Origin: a virus | Lineage: Duplodnaviria > Caudoviricetes | DNA length: 64,000 nucleotides | Direction: 5' to 3' (one strand) | Virus record (IMG/VR): IMGVR_UViG_3300021387_000147 | In this document: positions 52,594 to 61,987 of the stretch, one piece after another | Layout: every line of letters begins with the position of its first letter | Position numbering within the stretch: the first letter of the stretch is position 1 | Program-made: the position numbers and the translations under genes | Notes under the pieces: generated by a model | The model's input: the letters and a program-made list of their open reading frames with translations, nothing else | Databases searched by the model: none | What the model was told of the DNA's origin: nothing

Positions 52594-54369
52594 TAAGCAA
52601 CGTTTTTCCTTCCTTCATGCGCTGTTCATACAACTTTCCAAATTCCTCAGCGCTATCCGGAATGTCTTCGTCTTCCATATTCATATTAAACAATTCCCAT
52701 TGATCACGCGGGAAAGACTCCTTATCGGCTTCAATCTTCGCAAGCGTCATAGAATTTACTTCATCAAGCTGATTATATTCATCATTTGGATTAATATCAT
52801 CATAGCTGATTTCAAATGGAACATTAGTTTCCGTATAGAATGAGGCCTTAATAAGCGGCGTATTCTTATCCTTCAGTTCCTCAATAATTTCTTTCTTGAT
52901 TTGCTGGAACGTTGCTTCATCAGGAACGTCCTTATATTCATATCGAGTTTCGTCACCACCTACACAAGCAGAGCGACCCTTTCCATTGACAGCGAGAGTA
53001 TAAATTACCTTAACCATGTCTTATTCCTTTTTTGTATTGTTTCCAAGTTGGATGTTTATCTTGATGTGTTAAATGAAAATTCTGACAGAGCTGACAAAAA
53101 TAAACATTCTTCTCATGTCGATTATTATTTCCATTTAACTGATTAATTCTTTGACAGCGATATAATGCAAACTCTGCATCTATCTTTGTCTTATAACAAA
53201 TTTTTCCAGAAGGGCATTCAGTCATCAATCCCCCTTTACAGCCAAAGTTAAAAGTTCAAATTTCTTTTTGTATTTCTTGTTTGTTTCTTCTTCCTCATGA
53301 ATTCGTTGAGCCATCTTACGGAACTTTTCCTTAGTACTTTCCCATGCAGCGACAGAATATGTACCATCTTCCGTAATTGTTTCCACATTATCTAACTTGA
53401 AACAAAGGTATTTCTTTTTGTCCTCTTCCTCAAGCGCAAAATGGCCAGACGTTCCAAACTTGATGCAATACGGATAAGTTAATTCACCATGCTTATAGGC
53501 GAAATACATACGTATCTGCCAATATTTGTCTTCCTTACTGAAAGAATAATCTCTCTTTAATTTGTCTTTACTAATGGATTCATCCATGCTGAATTCCTTA
53601 ATCATATCGATAAAGTCATCAACAATGGTAAGCCAACTTACGCGTTGAAAACGCTTCTTAAAATTTTCAAACATTACTCGTCACCTCTTAGACGAAGCTG
53701 GATGCAGTGACAAGTTAACCAATCAAAATCACCAACACCAATCTTCTGCACAAAACCATCAACAATCTTCTGAGTACGGACTTCATCATCGTCATTTTCA
53801 AGAATAGTCACAAATGGATATTTCGTAGTGGAAAGAATTTCAGTCACTTCCTTCTCAACCTTTTCATCATTTGCACAGACAATAATGCCAGGAACCTGAG
53901 GTTCAGTGGGATAATACTTGAGCATTTCTTTGAACTGATACATTTGCATAATAAAGTCTCCTATTAAAGATGGAAGTTAAACCAAGCCTTAAGCTGATCA
54001 AAATCTTTGTATTCGAGAGTGCAGTCATTCAAGTTAGTCTTAAACTTGAGTGCAAACATTGCACCATTCTTCTGAGTTTCCGGATATTCAACAAATTCCT
54101 CAATCTTGCAGAAAGTACGGTGACCCTTGCGAGGATGGCCATAAGCCTTGTTATAAGCAGCGATGCAGTTAGAAATATGAAGTGCTTTATCACCAGTCAT
54201 TGTAAACTCCTTAGAACATTAAAGATGTGATGCTATCAGCAGCGATTACGCCGAGGATAAGAACTACGCCAAGGAAGTATTCGCCAAACTGCTTAATTTT
54301 AGCAACCTTAGCCTTATGCTGATAATAAGCAGTCCAGTTTTCAAATCCTTTAGGCATTATTTCGTTCAT
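52589..54369 (-). CDS. Small early hypotheticals (52589, 53010 [C..K..Y / Y.C..C...HLT Zn-binding], 53225, 53674, 53964, ~54211-54369)
   Basis: Packed ORFs with SDs. Confidence 0.6.
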
Positions 54370-54374
54370 CTTTA

Positions 54375-54502
54375 ACCTCTTTTATTTTAACAAGTAAAAT
54401 ATAAGTATATTTGGATTCTTTGGAAACCCTGTTTTTCGTAAAATAATGTTTACAAAAGGCCTTGGAATGTAAACATTTTGTTTACGTAAACTAAAATTTA
54501 CA
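54375..54502 (-). promoter_or_regulatory. Early promoter cassette copy 11 (boxes 54437-54, 54468-86 [N7], 54485-54502)
   Basis: Conserved leader; TTTCCA-17-TATATT. Confidence 0.85.
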
Positions 54503-54509
54503 TAAAATG

Positions 54510-54594
54510 ATGCCATGGAGCGCATCCAGGGCATTCTTTTCCAGGGCTATTTAGTTGTTCGGCTAATAAAAAAGAGCGCTTCTGGAGCGCTCTA
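54510..54594. repeat. GC-rich hairpin element copy C
   Basis: AGAGCGCT-TCTGG-AGCGCTCT stem plus conserved flank. Confidence 0.7.
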
Positions 54595-54616
54595 AAATAG
54601 CTTATTTTATGACTTT

Positions 54617-55042
54617 TTAGTCTTCATTACATATTTTATAAATCTTATTGGCAAGAGCTACATTTGTCATATCTACTGGGCCTCTAAAACTTTCACCATT
54701 TATTTCCAACCATTGAATATATGGAGCTCCTGATAGTTTTTCATATAGATTACTTGTACTAAAAGTAATTTCAATTTTATTTTTATCAATATTACCTTTA
54801 ACTATAACACGCCAATCTACTGTTGCTTTTCCAGTAGCTTTTATATTAGTCATATTTAAAGTTTCAGCACAGAAATTCTTAATGTATTCTTTAATCTTTT
54901 TATCTGTTGAATTTGCTGGTCTATCGTAATCTATATCTGGTGCACCACACATACTTGATGAAGAACCATAACAACCTTCATTCAATTGGTGAATTACATA
55001 ACCATGTTCAATTAATTCTTTTTTAGCTTCTAGTAAATTCAT
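54617..55042 (-). CDS. Possible internal head protein
   Basis: N-terminus MNLLEAKKELIEHGY..LNE shared with 57649. Confidence 0.55.
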   Translation of the reverse strand: MNLLEAKKELIEHGYVIHQLNEGCYGSSSSMCGAPDIDYDRPANSTDKKIKEYIKNFCAETLNMTNIKATGKATVDWRVIVKGNIDKNKIEITFSTSNLYEKLSGAPYIQWLEINGESFRGPVDMTNVALANKIYKICNED

Positions 55043-55392
55043 GCTTCTGTCTCCTTGAGATATTTATACGAATTAGCATATTCTTCTTCAAATATCCATT
55101 CCTTTTCTTTCTTCTTAAAGGCATTTCTTATTTTATGTTTTTCAGTCTCCTTAATTTCAATATACTCTCTCAAAGATAGGTGTCTATAGCAATACTTTAG
55201 ACACATTCTCATTTTAATTAAAAGAAGATGACACAAATGGTGTTCTTTAGGAGTTAATTCTACTTTGTTTGTTTTCTTATTACTTCCACCTTCTGAACGT
55301 GGTATAATATGATGATTTTCTATATAAGTTCCGTATAATACTCTTGTTTGTCCTCTTCTAATCAGTTTATCATAGATTGCCTGATAATTCAA
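55039..55392 (-). CDS. HNH endonuclease (paralog of 17949)
   Basis: NY..IYD.LI, ENHHIIPRSEGG, LTPKEH.LCH.LL. Confidence 0.8.
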   Translation of the reverse strand: MNYQAIYDKLIRRGQTRVLYGTYIENHHIIPRSEGGSNKKTNKVELTPKEHHLCHLLLIKMRMCLKYCYRHLSLREYIEIKETEKHKIRNAFKKKEKEWIFEEEYANSYKYLKETEA

Positions 55393-55404
55393 AAAGACTC
55401 CTTT

Positions 55405-55866
55405 TTATTTAAGTGATTTACGAGAATGCAAAGCATATTCGATTGCTTTTTGTGAAGGATTTGACATATATAATTGTCCATCTTCAAAAAGATATTTGGC
55501 AACAGCCTCATTTTTTACTCGATATATTTGTCTTGCGTTTCTTCTATCATAAACTCTAATGCCTGCAATTTTTGGATCTTGTTCATGCAGATATGCCATT
55601 AAAGTTTCTTTATTATAAAAATACCTTTTTTCGTCTCGTATAAACTGCTGATCAGATAACATTTTTTCAAATAATCTAATTCTATTGGATAATGTTAAAT
55701 GGTGTAAATTTAAACCAATAAAGCAATTGATATTCTTTTCAAAAGGACCGATACAATAGATGAAACAATCTCTATCGTATCCTTCCTTTTCATGTTTTGA
55801 ATTATAATGAAAAGTATACCAATATCCATTTACTACATAATTAGTTAATTCGAAATCTTCTTCCAT
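55405..55866 (-). CDS. DNA end protector-like protein (T4 gp2)
   Basis: G.WYTFHY.SKH...YD, FIGLNLHHL...R. Confidence 0.6.
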   Translation of the reverse strand: MEEDFELTNYVVNGYWYTFHYNSKHEKEGYDRDCFIYCIGPFEKNINCFIGLNLHHLTLSNRIRLFEKMLSDQQFIRDEKRYFYNKETLMAYLHEQDPKIAGIRVYDRRNARQIYRVKNEAVAKYLFEDGQLYMSNPSQKAIEYALHSRKSLK

Positions 55867-55869
55867 ATA

Positions 55870-56943
55870 TTATCTATCATAGTCTGTATGTATCTTTAAA
55901 CCACCTTTTCCTATAGAAATTGTAGTTGTCTTTCCATGATTATGATGATGGTGATGACGTGGAGGTGGAGCAATACGTCTATCATGTGGTGGACGATAAT
56001 CTCTTGGATCCACATAATCATTTGTTGGATCATCATCTTGGAAACGAACATCTCTTCTATCTGGTCCATCATGATATACTGTTCTTGAAGGTATAACTTC
56101 TTGAGAAGTATATGTATGATTTAATCTATGCATGTATCTATCTGCTTGATGGAAATCACCAGCAACAGCCATATTTGATGCCATCAATAAAATAGCAATT
56201 GCACCTAAGATTGTAGTTTTACTTGTTGTAAACTTATCAGAATTCTTTACTTCTTTCTTAAATTGTTCAATATCACCTTGGGTAGCTTCTGCTTCTGTAG
56301 AGTCTTGTCTACGAATAGCAGTAGTAATACTGTCTTTAAATCTTGTCAATACTTCCTTTGCTCTTGATAGAATATCAGCTTCATTTAGACTTTCATCCAA
56401 GAACTGATTTTCTTCAGTCAAATAATCATAACAAGATTCTTTGAAAACTTTTTTCTTTTTCTTCTTCTTTTTCTTCTTTGGTAATTGATTTAACCAATAC
56501 TGTGGATAATGTGCTGCTTTAACACCTGTTGGAGCAGATTGACCCCACTTTACCATAGCAACACCTTTACAATCTCCACTATGAGGAATTCCTTGATCTA
56601 AACCACATGGAGCTCCTACTCCCATAGAGAAATCTTCATTGACTTCATCGTCTTGAATTGCTTTAACTTTCTTCATGTAAGATTTTAGCATTGGTATGCT
56701 AAATGCTATCTGAGTAAATCCACCTTTATTGTTCTGAATAATACGCCATGGATAAACGTTTCCTCTCCACCAGAATCCTTGGCCTCTGCGGAATTCAACT
56801 TCCCAAACAGTATCATCTTGCATGACAATTTCAAACTGTACTTTGACGTAATCTCCATCAGGATCTACTTCATAATAGTTCTTAACATGCTTGACTTTTT
56901 CAATTTCATCGACGATTTGGTCAACTATTTCTTCATAATTCAT
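55870..56943 (-). CDS. Mosaic protein with poly-Lys tract, LxE motifs, internal hydrophobic helix and His/Pro tail
   Basis: Read directly from the translation. Confidence 0.65.
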   Translation of the reverse strand: MNYEEIVDQIVDEIEKVKHVKNYYEVDPDGDYVKVQFEIVMQDDTVWEVEFRRGQGFWWRGNVYPWRIIQNNKGGFTQIAFSIPMLKSYMKKVKAIQDDEVNEDFSMGVGAPCGLDQGIPHSGDCKGVAMVKWGQSAPTGVKAAHYPQYWLNQLPKKKKKKKKKKVFKESCYDYLTEENQFLDESLNEADILSRAKEVLTRFKDSITTAIRRQDSTEAEATQGDIEQFKKEVKNSDKFTTSKTTILGAIAILLMASNMAVAGDFHQADRYMHRLNHTYTSQEVIPSRTVYHDGPDRRDVRFQDDDPTNDYVDPRDYRPPHDRRIAPPPRHHHHHNHGKTTTISIGKGGLKIHTDYDR

Positions 56944-56946
56944 TTG

Positions 56947-57423
56947 CTACCTCAAATGTATATTTAAATCATATATTTTATTTATTAAAGAAGCAATGTT
57001 TTTAAATTTATCAGAATGGACATATTCACCTTGAAACATTAATTTATTATAGGTTTCCATATCACCATCATCTTTATACCATAATGCTTGTTTAATATCT
57101 GATTGAGGTATCTCAGACATAATTTTATAATGTATCATTTCATGAACTAAAGTAGATACATATTCTTTTTTAGTTCTTTCATGATTATCAGCAATCTTTA
57201 TATGACAATTATCAATTCCTTTTGGAGTTATATCATAATAGAATTCACCATAATTTACATCATTATGTTCAAATTCAATAGGAATTTCTTTTAATTCATC
57301 ATTAAAATACAGATGATTGCATTCTGCGAACATCATCTGTAAATTTAAATCTTTAGGCTGAACTATTTGTGCAGCTCTTCTTTTATCATTTGCAAATTTC
57401 ATATTAATAAGAATCAAAATCAC
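56947..57423 (-). CDS. SprT-like zinc metalloprotease
   Basis: N..YF...L, TLVHEMIHY, H...FK. Confidence 0.8.
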   Translation of the reverse strand: MILILINMKFANDKRRAAQIVQPKDLNLQMMFAECNHLYFNDELKEIPIEFEHNDVNYGEFYYDITPKGIDNCHIKIADNHERTKKEYVSTLVHEMIHYKIMSEIPQSDIKQALWYKDDGDMETYNKLMFQGEYVHSDKFKNIASLINKIYDLNIHLR

Positions 57424-57637
57424 GCCAGGAACTTGTCATAAAATCTTTATATGATTTGGTATAAGTAGTTCCATTATAATCAACTTGGATTTGTCCTGAA
57501 TTATGTGATATAAGTTTTACTTTTATAGGACAACATTTTCTAACTTCTTCTATCTTTGTATAATAATACTCTCCATCAATTAAAGTAAAACCATATCTTG
57601 CATAATCTCTTGCGTCACATTCAGGACATCTAACCAT
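57404..57637 (-). CDS. Small CxxC protein
   Basis: MVRCPECD. Confidence 0.55.
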   Translation of the reverse strand: MVRCPECDARDYARYGFTLIDGEYYYTKIEEVRKCCPIKVKLISHNSGQIQVDYNGTTYTKSYKDFMTSSWRDFDSY

Positions 57638-57648
57638 ATTAAACCTCT

Positions 57649-58728
57649 TTATTCATGAATGTATTGTTCAATAAATGCATACACATACTTTGTAGGAATA
57701 TCTGTAATTGGTCCATCACTTGTTTGAATACGCACTGCTTCTGGATGTAACTTAGCAGTCTTAACTAATTCTGCTTTTCCAAAAGGTGTTAACCAAGTAA
57801 TATATTCCCAAGGAGTTTCTTCTTTACGAGCATCTACACGAACATGATTTGTAAATTTATCTTTCTTTACAGCTTGATGCAATGCATCTCTTGCATTTTC
57901 ATCTGAGCCTTTATAAATGTTCGATACCTTAGAATTCTTTACTCCAGATTTATTTATAATTACGAAATCTGTAGGTTCACCATGGACGAATTTCTGTGCA
58001 TAACACTGTAGGCCTAAAATCTTAAATTGGACAGAACGGTTTTTATATTTTTCAAACCATATTTCTGCAGGCTTCTTAGGCTTTTCAGCTTTATGTTCTG
58101 CATCCTTTGCACCAAGTACTTTTACTTCTGCATATTCATCAGCACGAGTCCAAGCATGCTTCAATTCATCTACCTTATAATCAGGAATAGTTGCAGTTAT
58201 CTCATAAAAACCTTCTTCACCATCATGGTCATCACGCAATTTAAAACTAATTTCATTTCTTATAGATGAACCATTATAATCAGCTTTTAATTTATCAACC
58301 ATTGCTTGTGCTGCGTCATAAGAAGCAGATCTTAAATTATCAAACCAATCTGTTTCATACTTATAACCAGTAAAGTGATATGTTTGAATGGTAACTAACT
58401 TAACTGTCTTTGGAGCTTTCTTAGCTGGCTTAGGAGTTTGAGCTGGAGTAGAGGTTCCATCTGAAGGTCCCATCTTACCAACCATCTTCTGAATTTTCTT
58501 AATTGCAGAAGCGTTTTTCATTTTACTTGCTATATCATTTAAAATAGCAGAATACTTTGCCAAATTCTTTGCATTACCAGATTTACGTGCTGTATATGCA
58601 CCATTCATTGCTTTAGTCAAAGTGACTTTATCTTCTGGTGATAATTCATCAAAATCTGGAGTTGCCTTCCATTCATTAAGAAGATAACCATGTTCTTCTA
58701 ATTCGGTAATAGCTTCATTCAATTCCAT
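57649..58728 (-). CDS. Possible internal head protein
   Basis: MELNEAITELEEHGYLLNE N-terminus. Confidence 0.6.
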   Translation of the reverse strand: MELNEAITELEEHGYLLNEWKATPDFDELSPEDKVTLTKAMNGAYTARKSGNAKNLAKYSAILNDIASKMKNASAIKKIQKMVGKMGPSDGTSTPAQTPKPAKKAPKTVKLVTIQTYHFTGYKYETDWFDNLRSASYDAAQAMVDKLKADYNGSSIRNEISFKLRDDHDGEEGFYEITATIPDYKVDELKHAWTRADEYAEVKVLGAKDAEHKAEKPKKPAEIWFEKYKNRSVQFKILGLQCYAQKFVHGEPTDFVIINKSGVKNSKVSNIYKGSDENARDALHQAVKKDKFTNHVRVDARKEETPWEYITWLTPFGKAELVKTAKLHPEAVRIQTSDGPITDIPTKYVYAFIEQYIHE

Positions 58729-58729
58729 A

Positions 58730-59269
58730 TTAACCCTTCTTTAATAACTTATTTAATTCATCATTAAGTTTACGAATAATATAATGCTTAGCTACCATAT
58801 CTGTATTAGAAAAATAATTTTGGTATCTTACATTATTTGCAACATTCTTTACCCAGGAAACTGTAGAAAGATAACCCATTTTAGGCTTTAACCAATCTCT
58901 TAATTTAAACATCAATAAATCAAGATTTGATATACATTCATTTTCTTCTTTTGTTTTTGGCTGTCTTATAAGTTTACCATTTATATCAATTAAACCAAGA
59001 CGATATGCCTTAGTCTTTGATGGTAAAGTCTGTAAACCTTTTAAGAAAATATAAACCAAAACATTATCAACATCTCTATAGTGTGTTGATAAATCAATCT
59101 TCTTATTTCTTTGTTGTAGAGAAAACAAAGTATTCTGTGCTTCAGTTATCATTCCATTTGCTTCAAACATTGCAGAAATAGTAGTTGCATTATTCACCAA
59201 ACGGCGAATTCCATGCAATCCACTATCATCATCCAATGATTGATCAAATCTTTTCCATAGTCTATTCAT
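58730..59269 (-). CDS. Conserved T4-like hypothetical (virion-associated)
   Basis: TKAYRLGLIDINGK motif familiar from T4-like phages. Confidence 0.55.
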   Translation of the reverse strand: MNRLWKRFDQSLDDDSGLHGIRRLVNNATTISAMFEANGMITEAQNTLFSLQQRNKKIDLSTHYRDVDNVLVYIFLKGLQTLPSKTKAYRLGLIDINGKLIRQPKTKEENECISNLDLLMFKLRDWLKPKMGYLSTVSWVKNVANNVRYQNYFSNTDMVAKHYIIRKLNDELNKLLKKG

Positions 59270-59283
59270 ATTCTATTTATTGT

Positions 59284-59988
59284 TTACTTAATTGTTTCAA
59301 CAAATCCGTGTCCTGTATATACAGTTCCATTACCTTTAATACCAATTGCAACTATTGGGTAGTCAGTTGTCCAAGCAAATGGAATGAATGTATATGAATT
59401 TGATGGTAAATTATAATTGTTAATGTTATCTGATACTTTATCCCAACTACCATTATATGTGGATATATCAGTCTGACCAGCACTCAATGGCATAATACTT
59501 GCACCACCATTTTCTGGCATAACTGAAACAAAGCCTCTTACATTATATGCAGATTCTGACAAGAAAAGTACTTTTTGTTTAGATGCATTCGAACCAATAT
59601 TAACTGCATAACTCTTATACAAATTATAATGAACATCTTCATGTTGTGTTTCTTGTTCTTTCCATTCATAATAAGGTGCGATTTGGCCGCCTGGTTCTAC
59701 CACTGTCAATACTTTGCCGCCATCTCCTTCTGCAGGCTCTTTGACCATGCTTACTTTACTATTCTCATTATTGAATGTAACACCAGCCATAGCACCAGTT
59801 GTACTATCTTCGTAAATAGTCATCAAGTTCTTGTGAACAGTTTTTGAACCTTCAAATACTTTAATTTCTGACTTATTAGTAGGAATGTCTGTTGCAGCGG
59901 CTGCACCAATATTCTGACGAGCTTGTGCTTTTGCATCTTCACCTAAACCTTGATCTGTTGTCCATAATACACTTGTTGTTTGTGCCAT
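59284..59988 (-). CDS. Tail fibre-associated protein
   Basis: Q.L....KAQARQNIGA motif common in fibre proteins. Confidence 0.55.
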   Translation of the reverse strand: MAQTTSVLWTTDQGLGEDAKAQARQNIGAAAATDIPTNKSEIKVFEGSKTVHKNLMTIYEDSTTGAMAGVTFNNENSKVSMVKEPAEGDGGKVLTVVEPGGQIAPYYEWKEQETQHEDVHYNLYKSYAVNIGSNASKQKVLFLSESAYNVRGFVSVMPENGGASIMPLSAGQTDISTYNGSWDKVSDNINNYNLPSNSYTFIPFAWTTDYPIVAIGIKGNGTVYTGHGFVETIK

Positions 59989-59999
59989 ATTAATACCTC

Positions 60000-61986
60000 T
60001 TATTCTTCAGATGATGCAGTATAAAAATATTCTTCCTTAGTAGCATAAGTTATTGCATCTGCTGAATCTAACATATCTTCATATTTTTTTAATCTTTCAG
60101 CTGTTAAAAATGCATCTGGTTCAATTTGTTTAAGAACAATTTTTGCTTCTCTAAATGAACCTGTTTGAACTAATGAAATTACTGTCAATAACTTCTGTGC
60201 AATTTCTAATGGAGTCACTGTTTCAAAATCTGTAAAGATACATTCTTCACGGAATAATGAAATGAATTCATTTCCAATTGTTATATTATAATCTACTTCT
60301 CCAGCTACACCATCAATAGCAGATATTCTTGATACATTAGAATTATATTCAGTCTTAAAACGATATGAATCTATAGATTTTCCCATAAAATCCAACACTT
60401 CATGCTTATCATATTCTTCTAAAATTTTTTGTGCGTTTTTAGACCAAAAATCTTTATTATTATAAACACATTCACCATCTACATAAACAATTCTTGAAAT
60501 GTATTTCATATCGGCATCCTGTAAAATATAAAAATCTTCTAGTATTTTTCCATCATCTTTTATTCTTTCTTTTAATGTAAAAAGATTATCAGAAATGTAT
60601 AGAAGTTTTTCTGTTGATTTTTCAACTGCGTAAATTTTTGTCATTTTAAACCTCTATATTATTTAATTTTAAATAGAAATGCTTACCTGGAGTTTCTACT
60701 GATTTATTTGCAAAGTTAGAATCTACTGTATAATTTACATTCAAATCTTCAAAATCTTTATTCCACCAATCAGGATAATTTATATAATCGTTAATCTGTG
60801 CTTGTGACATATACCATTGTCCTACTCTATCCCAGTTATTATTATGATATACAACAAATTCATAATCATACTGGCCACGACCGTTGGGCAACACAGATCC
60901 ATCTATGTAATATAAGCCTTTATCTTGTGGATTTGATGGTAAAGTAGTTAATGCTATTGGTTCATTATTTGTATCAACATCTATATACGATGTATAATCT
61001 TTTGCCATTTCAGCGATATTTCCGTCATAGTCACCTCCATTTGTTAACTGACCATTTTGTAAGATAGTAGTATATTTTTTAATGTTTCCAAATAGTTTTG
61101 CTGCTTTATAATGGTCATTGCCTGAAGTTATACTTACAGTAGTTACATTATTATATGTTTTACTTTTTCTTTTATAAAAATGATTTTGAACTAATCTAGG
61201 ATCCCAACCAGGAGCATCATTATATCCAAGATACATAAAGCTATCATTTATATTTAATGATAAAAGATAAACTTTATCATCTTTTGTAGGATGTCTGTTC
61301 TGAAATAACCCGCCTAAGAAATTTCCTAATACACTTAAATCACCTACATTAATTTGTGTAGCTGCAGTTGTATTAGAATATAATTTATAATTTCCATCAG
61401 TATCTCCTTGGAAATATGCTGGATAAAAGGCTTCATTTGTATCACCTTGATATACAAAATAATACTTATGACCTTTATAAAGTGTTATATTTAAACCATT
61501 TACTGAGCGTGTTCTACCTGTCATTTCATATTTTTCTGTCTCACTTCCTCTATTATCACCATCAATAGCAGCAATAAATACACCACTTTCATGTAGTATT
61601 TTTATTTTAGCGCTAGATGTAGATGAACTATCTGTAAAAATCTCAATAGAGTTTATGACCAAATCTTCAGTAGCATCAGTCATATCATACTCAATAGCAA
61701 CATTCTGAGTACCAGCAACCAATTTTTTCTGAGATGGAGGTTCTTCCCAATATCTTTCCCAAACATCATATTTACCAGAAGTAAGTTCTGCTAACTGTGC
61801 TTCTGTTGTAGATAATGAACTTATATAAGATGCATCAGCTGGTGTTAAGAAATATACCTTCTTTATTTCTTGTAAATTACTTTGAACACCATCTGATGAA
61901 TATACTATTCTATAAGTATCTTGATTAGGATTTCCACCTGCATTTGGGAAATGTAAACCTATTTTGCCTTTTATTTTCCAAGTCAT
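60000..61986 (-). CDS. Two late proteins (60000..60644; 60646..61986), probably fibre-associated
   Basis: Coupled downstream of the collagen-repeat gene. Confidence 0.6.
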
Positions 61987-61987
61987 A

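Noticed and set aside
3435-54502. Repeats as a CRISPR array
   Set aside because: Copies are dispersed, not regularly spaced, carry promoter consensus, and no cas genes are present.
1122-59847. Plus-strand ORFs in the track (e.g. 1783..2451, 24524..25147, 30766..31455, 46488..46991)
   Set aside because: Antisense shadows of well-supported minus-strand genes, with no motifs.
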